The translations under genes were made by a program, and so were the position numbers. Shown in pieces: positions 35,878 through 44,234 of a stretch of 44,234 nt of DNA. The DNA is from Bacilli bacterium. GTDB lineage: Bacteria > Bacillota_I > Bacilli_A > ML615J-28 > CAG-313. The stretch is taken from the NCBI GenBank assembly GCA_045612145.1, contig JAZKYN010000113.1, positions 1 to 44,234 on the forward strand, written 5' to 3'. The notes below the pieces were generated by a model. It saw only the letters and a program-made list of their open reading frames with translations. It had not been told where the DNA came from and did no database searches. Within the stretch, counting starts at the first letter, position 1. The number at the start of each line of letters is the position of its first letter.

Positions 35878-38112
35878 ATGTTTATTATCAATGATACTAA
35901 GAGAGAACTTCAAGAACTTATTAATGGAACAATTTCTGTCAATAGACCTTTCTATGATTTAAAAACTTTAAAAGATACTAAGTATACTTTATATGCTTAT
36001 GTAGAAATTCAAGATGATAAATTATATGTTAAGTTTGGTGAAGCAAAGAAACAATCTATCTATGCTAGATATCATAGAGGAACTGCAACTAAGGCTAATG
36101 ACCGAATGGTAGGTATTTGGGAGTCAGACTGTGGAGATAAAGAAATCCATAGTAAACTAAAAATTAGATCTAAGAATAATAGAGGATATTCTCCAGCTGC
36201 AAAAGAAATCTTAAATACTGAAGAAGCTTATTATGTAGAAGATGCAAGAGGACTACAAAACTTATTAGCTGATATTTCTGACTATGCTGGTTCTAAGAAT
36301 GTATCTACTAGAAGAGCTAGACCTGATTATCCAGATGTAGCTGAGCTTATTAAGTCTGTAGTAGATATGAAGAAAGAAAAGTATATTATGGATCTTTGTA
36401 CAAGATATGGTAAGACTGGTTTCTTCTGTGGTTTATGGAAAGCTATTAATGAATTAGACATTAGAATTAATATCCTTTCTTCTTATGTCGGAACAGTTAA
36501 AACATCTTATTCAGAAGAGCTTAATACTTTAGTACAAAATGAAAACTGTTTATTCGTGGATTCAGATGATATCAGAGAAGATACTTTAGATACTATTAAA
36601 TCTTGGTTAGTTGATCCTAAACATTATATATGTTACTATGTTGCACTTACTGGTGATGAAGATACTTGCTTCGAAAGACGTATCGAATTATTAGATTCAC
36701 TTAAGGGCTATAACAAGAGTTTAGTAATTGAAGAAGCAGATTATGGTGCTGGTTGTGATAAACAAATTAAAAAGATTAGACACTTATATAATACTGTATC
36801 TAATAACTTCAAGATGTTCTTCGCTACTACTGGAACTAAAGCTGAGAAGTGCGAACGTATCTTCGAGCCTGAAGTAGTTATTAAGAGAGACTATATTTTA
36901 GATATCCTAAACAAAAGACCAAATGCTGTTGGTATTAACTGGTACTGTTTAAATAACTCTGAGATGGTTAAAGTGTTTAACTATAATACTGTAGAGATGG
37001 AAAACTTCACAGATATGTTTACATTGGATAATGGTAAGTTAAGAGGCGAACTATGGTTTAGAGATACACTTAAATTCTTATTTAATAAAGAGCTTCCTGT
37101 AATGAACAAAGAAACTAGAAAGTATAGAAATCATAATCTTATTAATGATTCTATGTCTATGATCTTTACTCCTGCTAATAATGAAGCACAACAAGTATTT
37201 AAGAAACTAATTGAAGAAGTATGTCCTGGTTACTGGGTAAGAGTTATTAATGGTGATGAGATGACTAATGCTACTGCGGAAAAAGAAATCAAAGATGCTA
37301 TTAGAGACCAAGGAACAAGAGGTATTCTTATTGCTAGTAGTATGGCTAATAGATCATTCTCTATTCCACAAATCAAGAATGTCTTACTAATGTGTAATGC
37401 TTGTATGCCGGACCAAAAGATTGCAAGAGGTTTAACACCTTGGGCTGAACAAAAAGATATGAGATGTAATGTCATTGACTTTAGATTAGCTTATGAACAA
37501 TCTAAGTTATCAGACTATCTTTCTAATATCGCTGTAGACTCATTAAGTGATACAGCAACTCATACTTCTGTCGATCAACTATTAGAAGAAATTCGTGCGT
37601 CTGAAAAGCTTTCTTTCTATGAATACTTTAGTAGTGGAGTTAATCCGATCCGTGAGATGACTTCTGATGAACTAAGAATTCAAATGCACAGCAGACCTTT
37701 CCATGTAGCTAGAGCACTTAAACTTCTTATGGTAGATATTAATAGTATTGATCTTCCTGATGCAAGATTTACTGTTAAAGAAAAATTAGACTTTAATGAC
37801 TTAGCTAATAGTAATATTAAAGGTGATGCAGATAGAAAGATTCTAATCAATAGAAGATTTAAAGAAACAACTGGTAAGACAAAGAAGGAATTAGAACAAG
37901 ACCAACGTATTAACTATCTTGCTTACTTATTAAACCACAAAGATGAATTCAATTCTGGTAAGTATGAAACTAATATTCTAGAAAATGAATTTAAGAATAA
38001 TATGTCAGAAACTAGAAGACTTGCGATCGAGAATGCTTTCAACCTTGATATGAAAGTATTAAGTCAAATTGCAGACTTATTAATTAATAATGGAATTGCA
38101 ATTTACAATTAA
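35878..38112 (+). CDS. Restriction-endonuclease-like protein: GIY-YIG/T5orf172-like N-terminus plus SF2 helicase
   Basis: YTLYAY...YVKFGEA...ARY N-terminus; DLCTRYGKT (Walker A), VIEEADYG (Walker B variant), ATTGT, MANRSFSIPQI, QKIARGLT. Confidence 0.7.
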   Translation: MFIINDTKRELQELINGTISVNRPFYDLKTLKDTKYTLYAYVEIQDDKLYVKFGEAKKQSIYARYHRGTATKANDRMVGIWESDCGDKEIHSKLKIRSKNNRGYSPAAKEILNTEEAYYVEDARGLQNLLADISDYAGSKNVSTRRARPDYPDVAELIKSVVDMKKEKYIMDLCTRYGKTGFFCGLWKAINELDIRINILSSYVGTVKTSYSEELNTLVQNENCLFVDSDDIREDTLDTIKSWLVDPKHYICYYVALTGDEDTCFERRIELLDSLKGYNKSLVIEEADYGAGCDKQIKKIRHLYNTVSNNFKMFFATTGTKAEKCERIFEPEVVIKRDYILDILNKRPNAVGINWYCLNNSEMVKVFNYNTVEMENFTDMFTLDNGKLRGELWFRDTLKFLFNKELPVMNKETRKYRNHNLINDSMSMIFTPANNEAQQVFKKLIEEVCPGYWVRVINGDEMTNATAEKEIKDAIRDQGTRGILIASSMANRSFSIPQIKNVLLMCNACMPDQKIARGLTPWAEQKDMRCNVIDFRLAYEQSKLSDYLSNIAVDSLSDTATHTSVDQLLEEIRASEKLSFYEYFSSGVNPIREMTSDELRIQMHSRPFHVARALKLLMVDINSIDLPDARFTVKEKLDFNDLANSNIKGDADRKILINRRFKETTGKTKKELEQDQRINYLAYLLNHKDEFNSGKYETNILENEFKNNMSETRRLAIENAFNLDMKVLSQIADLLINNGIAIYN

Positions 38113-38151
38113 TTTATTGTATAATATTATGTAAAGGAAGTGTAAAGGAAT

Positions 38152-39243
38152 ATGCTAAATTTAAAAGAGAAGGAACTATTTGATAAGAAGATAAGTATTA
38201 TTAACAATAAGAGATTTAGAGATTCTTTTATTGCTTCACAGCAATCAGATATTAATGATTGGAATGTAGGATTAGTTGCACTATGGAATACTCCAGTATT
38301 ATTCTATGAATTAAAGAAAACTTATCCAAATAAGAAATTCTATTATGTAGAAACAGAAGGCTTAAAAGATGTCTATGGTGTAGATACTGAAGATACTATT
38401 TATATTAAAGAAGAAGAGGAGCTTGCAGATATTATGAAGAAATTTAAAAATCCTAAATTAATTATTAATCCACCTTATTCTATTGGAGGTAAGGTTGTTG
38501 CTAAATGTAAAGAAGTTTGTCCAGATGCAAAGTATTCTATCTTAATGCCTCTTGCACAATATAAATCTGTTGAAGTTAAAGGACATAAACTTTATGAGTT
38601 TATTAATACTATGAAAGTAGTTGGAGGCGAAGGTTTTGATGCTGCAATTACTAAAAACAATTGTATAGTAACTTTATCCGATAAACCCAATTCTTCTAAA
38701 GTGTATTTAGATTTTATGCTCCAATCATTTGACCAAAGATATATTGAGTTCTATAAGTGGAATATTCAAAATAATAAAGGGTATACTTGGACAAGTGTTA
38801 AAGATCCTTTAACTCTTAATATCGATACCGATTTTATCGATATGTCTAGATTTGTGTCTACTAATAATGACTCAGGTGGTGCTCATGGATATCATGGTAA
38901 AAATGGCTGTGGATATTCTTGGAATGTTCTTCATAAGCATGATAAACTAATTTCATCCTTAGTTAAACTTTCTTTTAAGACTTTACAAGCTAGAGAAAAT
39001 TATAATCAATATGCATACAACTGGACAACTGATAAGTATAACTGTTTAGCTAGCAAAACTATCTATGGTTTAAATACTACCTCAGTTAGTTCAGAATACT
39101 ATATGTTAGTACCACAAATCGATTGGGATAATATTCATATTAATCAAAAAGCACTTTGGGATCAATGTTTATACGATGAAGCAGTATTAGCAGAGATGGG
39201 ACTTAAGTGGGATGGAGATACTATCGTAAAGGAGATTAACTAA
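38152..39243 (+). CDS. Adenine methyltransferase-like subunit (catalytic NPPY motif plus probable target-recognition region)
   Basis: LIINPPY, ILMP; no clear FxGxG motif I. Confidence 0.65.
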   Translation: MLNLKEKELFDKKISIINNKRFRDSFIASQQSDINDWNVGLVALWNTPVLFYELKKTYPNKKFYYVETEGLKDVYGVDTEDTIYIKEEEELADIMKKFKNPKLIINPPYSIGGKVVAKCKEVCPDAKYSILMPLAQYKSVEVKGHKLYEFINTMKVVGGEGFDAAITKNNCIVTLSDKPNSSKVYLDFMLQSFDQRYIEFYKWNIQNNKGYTWTSVKDPLTLNIDTDFIDMSRFVSTNNDSGGAHGYHGKNGCGYSWNVLHKHDKLISSLVKLSFKTLQARENYNQYAYNWTTDKYNCLASKTIYGLNTTSVSSEYYMLVPQIDWDNIHINQKALWDQCLYDEAVLAEMGLKWDGDTIVKEIN

Positions 39244-39770
39244 TGTATTTAACAGAAGAACAAAAGTCAGCTATTAGATTTGAATTTTTTGCTTTCCAAC
39301 ATAATATGTATTTAGGTAAGACTAAGAAAGAAAGACAAGAGTTAGATCAATTCTTTACTCCAGCTGAGTTAACTATTAAGATGTTAGAAGCACTAGACTG
39401 TACTTATGAAGAATTCTTGGATTCAGATGTTATAGATCCTACTAGTGGTAGTGGTAACTTATTAGCAGCAGCATTAATTATTGGAGTAGATCCACATAGA
39501 GTATTTGGAAATGAATATGATGCTACTATGGTTACTGCTTGTAGAAAAAGACTAAAAGCAATTAATCCTAAAGTAAGAGATTGGCAGATACATCAAGGCA
39601 ATGCTTTATTAGAAGTATGTCTAACTGAATTTAATAAAGACTATGATAAAACTGTCTTACCAGAATTACTAACTTACCGTCCAGCAATAAAGGGAACTTG
39701 GTTAGAATATCCTAATAAATATGGATTAGGTAAGATTGAAGCAGTAGATTTATTTGGAGGATTATTTTAA
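39243..39770 (+). CDS. Methyltransferase SAM-binding subunit (N6-MTase N-terminal half)
   Basis: LDQFFTP (motif X), VIDPTSGSGNLL (motif I), FGNEYD, IHQGNAL; no NPPY/DPPY. Confidence 0.75.
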   Translation: MYLTEEQKSAIRFEFFAFQHNMYLGKTKKERQELDQFFTPAELTIKMLEALDCTYEEFLDSDVIDPTSGSGNLLAAALIIGVDPHRVFGNEYDATMVTACRKRLKAINPKVRDWQIHQGNALLEVCLTEFNKDYDKTVLPELLTYRPAIKGTWLEYPNKYGLGKIEAVDLFGGLF

Positions 39771-39991
39771 TGACTAAACAAGAAGCACTAGATTATATTA
39801 ATAGTTTACCTGAAGACAGTAATATCGAAATAACAGTAACTGACCGAATTGTGTCTTCTGGCGAAATTGAGAAGATGGGTATTAGTAGACAGTTACTTAG
39901 ATATTATGTAAGTATTGGAAAAGTTCGAACTGTACCTTATGGTAAACAAAAGAAATACTTATTAGATGATATTAATAAATTAAGAGGATAA
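39770..39991 (+). CDS. Small HTH DNA-binding protein (MerR/excisionase-like)
   Basis: EIEKMGISRQLLRYYVSIGKVR...YLLDDI. Confidence 0.65.
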   Translation: MTKQEALDYINSLPEDSNIEITVTDRIVSSGEIEKMGISRQLLRYYVSIGKVRTVPYGKQKKYLLDDINKLRG

Positions 39992-39994
39992 ATT

Positions 39995-40180
39995 ATGTTA
40001 TTAAGAATTGTAGTTAATAAAAAGAATGGAACTAATTATTCCAAAACTTATGAAGGTCCAATCGCAGCAGTAGTTGAAAATAACTATATTAGAATTATTG
40101 ATATTAATAAGAATAAAATTTTAGATTTAATTGAATTAAACGACACTGTAGAATCATATAGTATTTATAATTATAATTAA
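39995..40180 (+). CDS. Small hypothetical protein
   Basis: GAGG RBS; terminator AGACAGAT/ATCTGTCT follows. Confidence 0.7.
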   Translation: MLLRIVVNKKNGTNYSKTYEGPIAAVVENNYIRIIDINKNKILDLIELNDTVESYSIYNYN

Positions 40181-40264
40181 TAAATAAGACAGATTAAATA
40201 GTATCTGTCTTTTCTTTTGCTAAATTATATGACTGCAAAGTAATTTGTAAAGGAGACTAATTAT

Positions 40265-41527
40265 ATGGACGATAAAATTATTAAAACATATACTGACTAT
40301 ACTGTCTTTATTGAAGACCCTGTTTTAGACTGCTATTATTGAATAGAAAATTTTTCAGAAGATGACGGACATACTAAAGAAGAGGCTCTTGACTATGCTA
40401 ATAAATTAGCTATGGCAATCGAGAACTATGACGCAGGTGTTTGAGTAGAAAAACGCTTAGTCACTGAATATGAAGACTTTGGACCTGACGGTGGTGAAGG
40501 AGATCCTAATCCACAAGTTATTTGGAAGTCTTATAATTTAGAAGATGTCGACGTTGGCGAAGGTTATTTTGATACTGACGGTTATCCTAATCTTCCTGAC
40601 GAGTTTATTAGTAATGATACAGAACAAAATAAAACTGAAGATGAAGAACCTGTTGAAGATGAAGTTATTTCTACTTGCACAGACTGACATGTATTTGTTA
40701 AAGATCTTAAGTCTGGTGACTACGACTTTGCAAAGGAATTTTCAGAAGACTGAAATAATACTAAAGAAGACGCAATTAAGTATGCTCAAAAAATAAATGA
40801 AACTACAGATTTTGCTACTTGAGTTGAACAAGTTATTGTTACTACTTATAGAGATTTCGGTCCAGATGGTGGAGAAGGTGATCCTAATCCTAAAGTTGTT
40901 TGGAAATCTCCAGAACTTAAAAATGTTAAAGATAATGATTTAGAACAAGGTGATTATGGAAATCTCTGAGACGAAAAATATTCTAAAGCTTTTACAGAAT
41001 CACTAGAAGAAAACTTAAGTAATGTTAAGTTTGAATGATTAAATAAACAAGCAGAAGTAATTTATCCTTTTGAAGAAACTGATGAAGAAGGATATCTTTT
41101 AGTTGATTACGGCGCAGGTGTATGCAATACTTTAGTTGCTAATGATCTTGTAAATATTAATATTGATGTATTAGTAGACTTTAGTGATGTAGATGTGGGC
41201 TATGATCCTGGTTATGAAAAGAGTGACTGGTGACAAACTATTACTATTGATACTTCAGGTTATATTGTAGAATTTAATTCTGTGAATTATAGAGTTACAT
41301 ATGAATCAGCAGAAACAGAAGACCACATTACTATTGATGAAGCAGCTACTATTCTAGGTATTACTAAAGATGAACTACAAGCTGAAGTAGATCGTAGATG
41401 TAAAGAATTATATAAAAACAGTGTAAGTAAAGTAGAAGATATTTATCTTGATGATTTAAAAGAAAGAGATGCAGAGGCTTATGTAGATGCTCATGCTGAC
41501 GACTGATATGATACTAATTGAGACTAA
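40265..41527 (+). CDS. Acidic repeat-domain protein, 420 aa (10 TGA=Trp), putative virion internal protein
   Basis: AAGGAG RBS; one frame with TGA at 40340, 40442, 40685, 40751, 40820, 40967, 41036, 41231, 41504, 41519; DFGPDGGEGDPNP.V.WKS occurs twice. Confidence 0.85.
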
Positions 41528-41544
41528 GAGTTAGGAGACATATT

Positions 41545-42744
41545 ATGATTAAAACCGAATTCATGAATTTATATGAAGAGTTAAATACTTTAAATGAAGC
41601 GACTAGCCCAGAAGTACAAGCTTTTTATAAGTCTTTAAATGTTAGAACTAAAGACCCAGTAGATACTGAAAGTTTTATTAAAGCTTTTAAGAAAGATATT
41701 CCAGATAATATTTGAGACCAATTATTTACTGTTGATATGAGACTTAAAAATAGAGGTACTTATGGTGTTATAAAGAATGGAAATTTACCAGCAGAAGTAA
41801 CTACCGCATTAAAGAAATACTGAGCTTTCCAATTTGCTTCTAATGTAACTTGGTTTGAAACTACAACTATGATTGCTAAAGAAGAAGAAGCTAAAAGAAA
41901 AGAAGAGGAAGAGAAAAAAGCTCAAGAAGAAAAACTACTTAGTGATGCAAAAGAATACATAGATAGAGCTAATCATGTTCTTACTTTAGTTGATAAAACT
42001 GCAATGCAAAGAGTACTTGACTTAGCAAAAGAATTAGAACCAAACTCTTTTAATAGACTACAACAAACTCCTAAAGTTAAGATTGGTTACTATAATAATA
42101 GTCGAAGAGAAAAATATATAAATATAGATATTTACTTTTATGATTTTTTAATAAAGGTATATGATAGTGGTAGTAAGCATATACCAACAGAACAAGAAAT
42201 AGTAGATGACTTTAATAGTTCTGTTCTAAATGAGATACGTAGATGAGAAGCTATTAAAGCAGAAATATTAGCTAAACAAACTCGTCAAGAAAAATATAAG
42301 AATGCTAAATGATATAGTGTAGAATTTGAAAAATGAGCTTCATCTAATAAAGAAGGTATTTTCTTATTTCAATTACCAGATGATGAAGGCATTCAAAGAC
42401 TTACTAGATTAAGTTGAGATATAGTTGAACGTTGTCGCTTTACTGATGATGTAGAGTTAATTGCTGTTATTACAGATTATGACCAACCAATGCGTAATCC
42501 TAATTCAGCTACAGAAAATAGTTACTACTATAGATATTATAGTGTAAATAGTAAAGCTGATCCAGCCGACTTAGAAGATGAAGGAATATTATTAGATCCT
42601 AGTAAGTTTGTAGATAAGTCTACTTGAGGAGAACAAACTTATAAAGAAATAAGTAAAGGTAGTATTAATAATCACTCTGGCTATTTTATTACTGGAATGG
42701 ATAGATGATTTAAATACACAAGTGAGACTTACGGTACAGAATAA
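41545..42744 (+). CDS. Hypothetical protein, 399 aa (8 TGA=Trp), putative virion internal protein
   Basis: AGGAG RBS; TGA at 41713, 41821, 42244, 42310, 42334, 42415, 42625, 42706; N-terminal FMNLYEELNTLNEA propeptide-like segment. Confidence 0.8.
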
Positions 42745-42754
42745 AAATATAATA

Positions 42755-42787
42755 AGATATAAGTGAATAATGCTTATATCTTTTTTT
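42755..42787 (+). terminator. Intrinsic terminator
   Basis: GATATAAG...CTTATATC followed by T7. Confidence 0.8.
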
Positions 42788-42821
42788 ATACTGTATAATA
42801 TATTAAGTGAGGTATTATTAT

Positions 42822-43169
42822 ATGGATAGAACAATTAAAACAGCAAAAATTCCTACTGAAATAATTAAACATAATCCAAAACTCTTAGAAGACATAAAGC
42901 TTAAACAAAGAGCAGATTTATTTAGAGAAATACCTATTGCAGATAATCAGCCGATAGTATTGACTTTTAGATCTATAGATGAAACTTCTATTGAACACTT
43001 TAATACTACTTTAACTACTACTGTTGAAGTACAATATCCTGAGACGAGACGTATAGTTATAAATAAATGTATAGGTGAAACTTATACAGAGCATACAAGC
43101 TTTTGGCAAAAGTTAAAATTATTATTTAGTAAGAAATCAGTATATACAAAAGAAACCAAGGAGCTGTAA
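42822..43169 (+). CDS. Hypothetical protein
   Basis: TGTATAAT promoter; GAGGT RBS favours ATG 42822. Confidence 0.75.
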   Translation: MDRTIKTAKIPTEIIKHNPKLLEDIKLKQRADLFREIPIADNQPIVLTFRSIDETSIEHFNTTLTTTVEVQYPETRRIVINKCIGETYTEHTSFWQKLKLLFSKKSVYTKETKEL

Positions 43170-43171
43170 TT

Positions 43172-43438
43172 ATGGAAGTAATTTATACAGGTGAAGAAAA
43201 GAATTTACATTATCTCTTAGCTAAGAGAATAATTAAAAGCAGAAAAATCAAGACTGATGACATAGCTACAGTAGATTTTAATATTATTATGCCAACTGAC
43301 CAAATGCCTTTGTGGACTCTTAGAGTAACTACTAAAGGTACTGAAGGATATTTAGGTGAAGAAAAGTTTTATTTAAAGAAGTGTGTCAAGCATAATTTTT
43401 CTATTACTTGGGCAAACTTAAAGAAAGGAAACTTTTAA
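43172..43438 (+). CDS. Hypothetical protein
   Basis: AAGGAG RBS. Confidence 0.75.
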   Translation: MEVIYTGEEKNLHYLLAKRIIKSRKIKTDDIATVDFNIIMPTDQMPLWTLRVTTKGTEGYLGEEKFYLKKCVKHNFSITWANLKKGNF

Positions 43439-43441
43439 TAT

Positions 43442-43642
43442 ATGACGAGAGATAAAGCAGTAAAAGTAAGTCATTTAATATTTAAAATTGAATCCTTAGA
43501 AATGCTCATCGATGAATTAGAAAATCTAGAAAGCTTAGACGAATATTATGGAGACTTTGGTGATGATACTCTGCAAGACGAAATAGTAGCAGTAGTTAAA
43601 GCTAGATTAGATAAAGCTTTAAAAGAATTGGAGGAGATGTAG
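43442..43642 (+). CDS. Small helical hypothetical protein
   Basis: AAGGA RBS. Confidence 0.75.
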   Translation: MTRDKAVKVSHLIFKIESLEMLIDELENLESLDEYYGDFGDDTLQDEIVAVVKARLDKALKELEEM

Positions 43643-43643
43643 T

Positions 43644-44231
43644 ATGACCCCTGAATTAATTATATCATTAGTATCTTTGGTACTATCTACAGCCTGCAGT
43701 ATGGTGACAGTATTTGTAACACTTAAAGTTGGACAGCTTAATAATTTAGAAGCCATACATAAATATCAAAAAAAGATAACTCCTTTTGAATTAACCTTTA
43801 AAGACAAGAAATGATTTTTAGACCTTATAGATAAAGGCGAGTTTGGTAATTATGATGAGAATAGCCAAACTATTATGAAAGCTTGGTATAAAAAGATTTG
43901 TCAAGAAGAGGCAGCAAAGGAACAACTAGAACAAGAAGCTTTTATTAAACAAGCTAAAGCTCCTATTAGACCTACTGGAAGAACTAGTAGAGGCAGTACT
44001 ATTAGAATTCCTATCTTACCAACAAGAGATGAAATGTTTAGTTCAGGTCTTCCGGTAGATGTTGTTATTCCAGGTAAAGATGAAGTAGTTAATATCAAAG
44101 CGTTGGAAGAAATTCGTAATCAATATAGTGTAGATGATACTGAGAGTATATCTAATAATAAAGATTTAGAATTTGATTTTGATGAATTATTAGTAGCTAA
44201 TATAGAAATAAAAAATAAAGAAGATAGATAA
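43644..44231 (+). CDS. Membrane-anchored protein, 195 aa (TGA=Trp at 43812)
   Basis: GGAGG RBS; N-terminal hydrophobic helix LIISLVSLVLSTACSMVTVFVTL in frame with track ORF 43875. Confidence 0.75.
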
Positions 44232-44234
44232 AAT

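Noticed and set aside
40545-40796. 83-aa hydrophobic ORF that looks like a membrane protein or holin
   Set aside because: It is an alternative frame inside the 420-aa TGA-recoded gene, which has an RBS and an internal repeat

Overview
Very AT-rich segment of a large lytic dsDNA phage, with essentially all genes on the + strand. The likely host is an anaerobic Bacillota/Mollicutes-type bacterium (sigma-A-type promoters, GGAGG ribosome-binding sites, class III RNR). The ORF track is broken because the phage reads TGA as Trp: TGA sits at universally conserved Trp positions of a SNF2 helicase and of NrdG. Recoding is partitioned. By my count 41 in-frame TGA codons fall in 13 replication, metabolic or virion-type genes, while about 65 other genes use only TGG and stop at TAA/TAG. 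Most of those lie in two arrays of small genes driven by 38 copies of one rigid promoter (ACGTCR-N8-TTTACW/TGTACT-N17-TATAAT). Recognisable genes: SNF2 helicase, Dam-type methyltransferase, sigma-like factor, replication-initiator-like protein, nrdD, a formate/nitrite (FNT) channel placed between nrdD and nrdG, nrdG, a KTSC protein, and a nuclease-helicase plus apparently split methyltransferase module. Most novel signals: two promoter-to-terminator small RNAs displaying several copies of the 16S anti-Shine-Dalgarno sequence; a ~630-nt structured ncRNA with two tRNA T-arm-like elements; an ArfA/BrfA-like basic peptide; a G-free gene beside C-free genes; and GATC-rich palindrome blocks. Together these suggest an RNA-level system for taking over translation that is coupled to a genetic-code switch. 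All calls are by eye; no searches were run.
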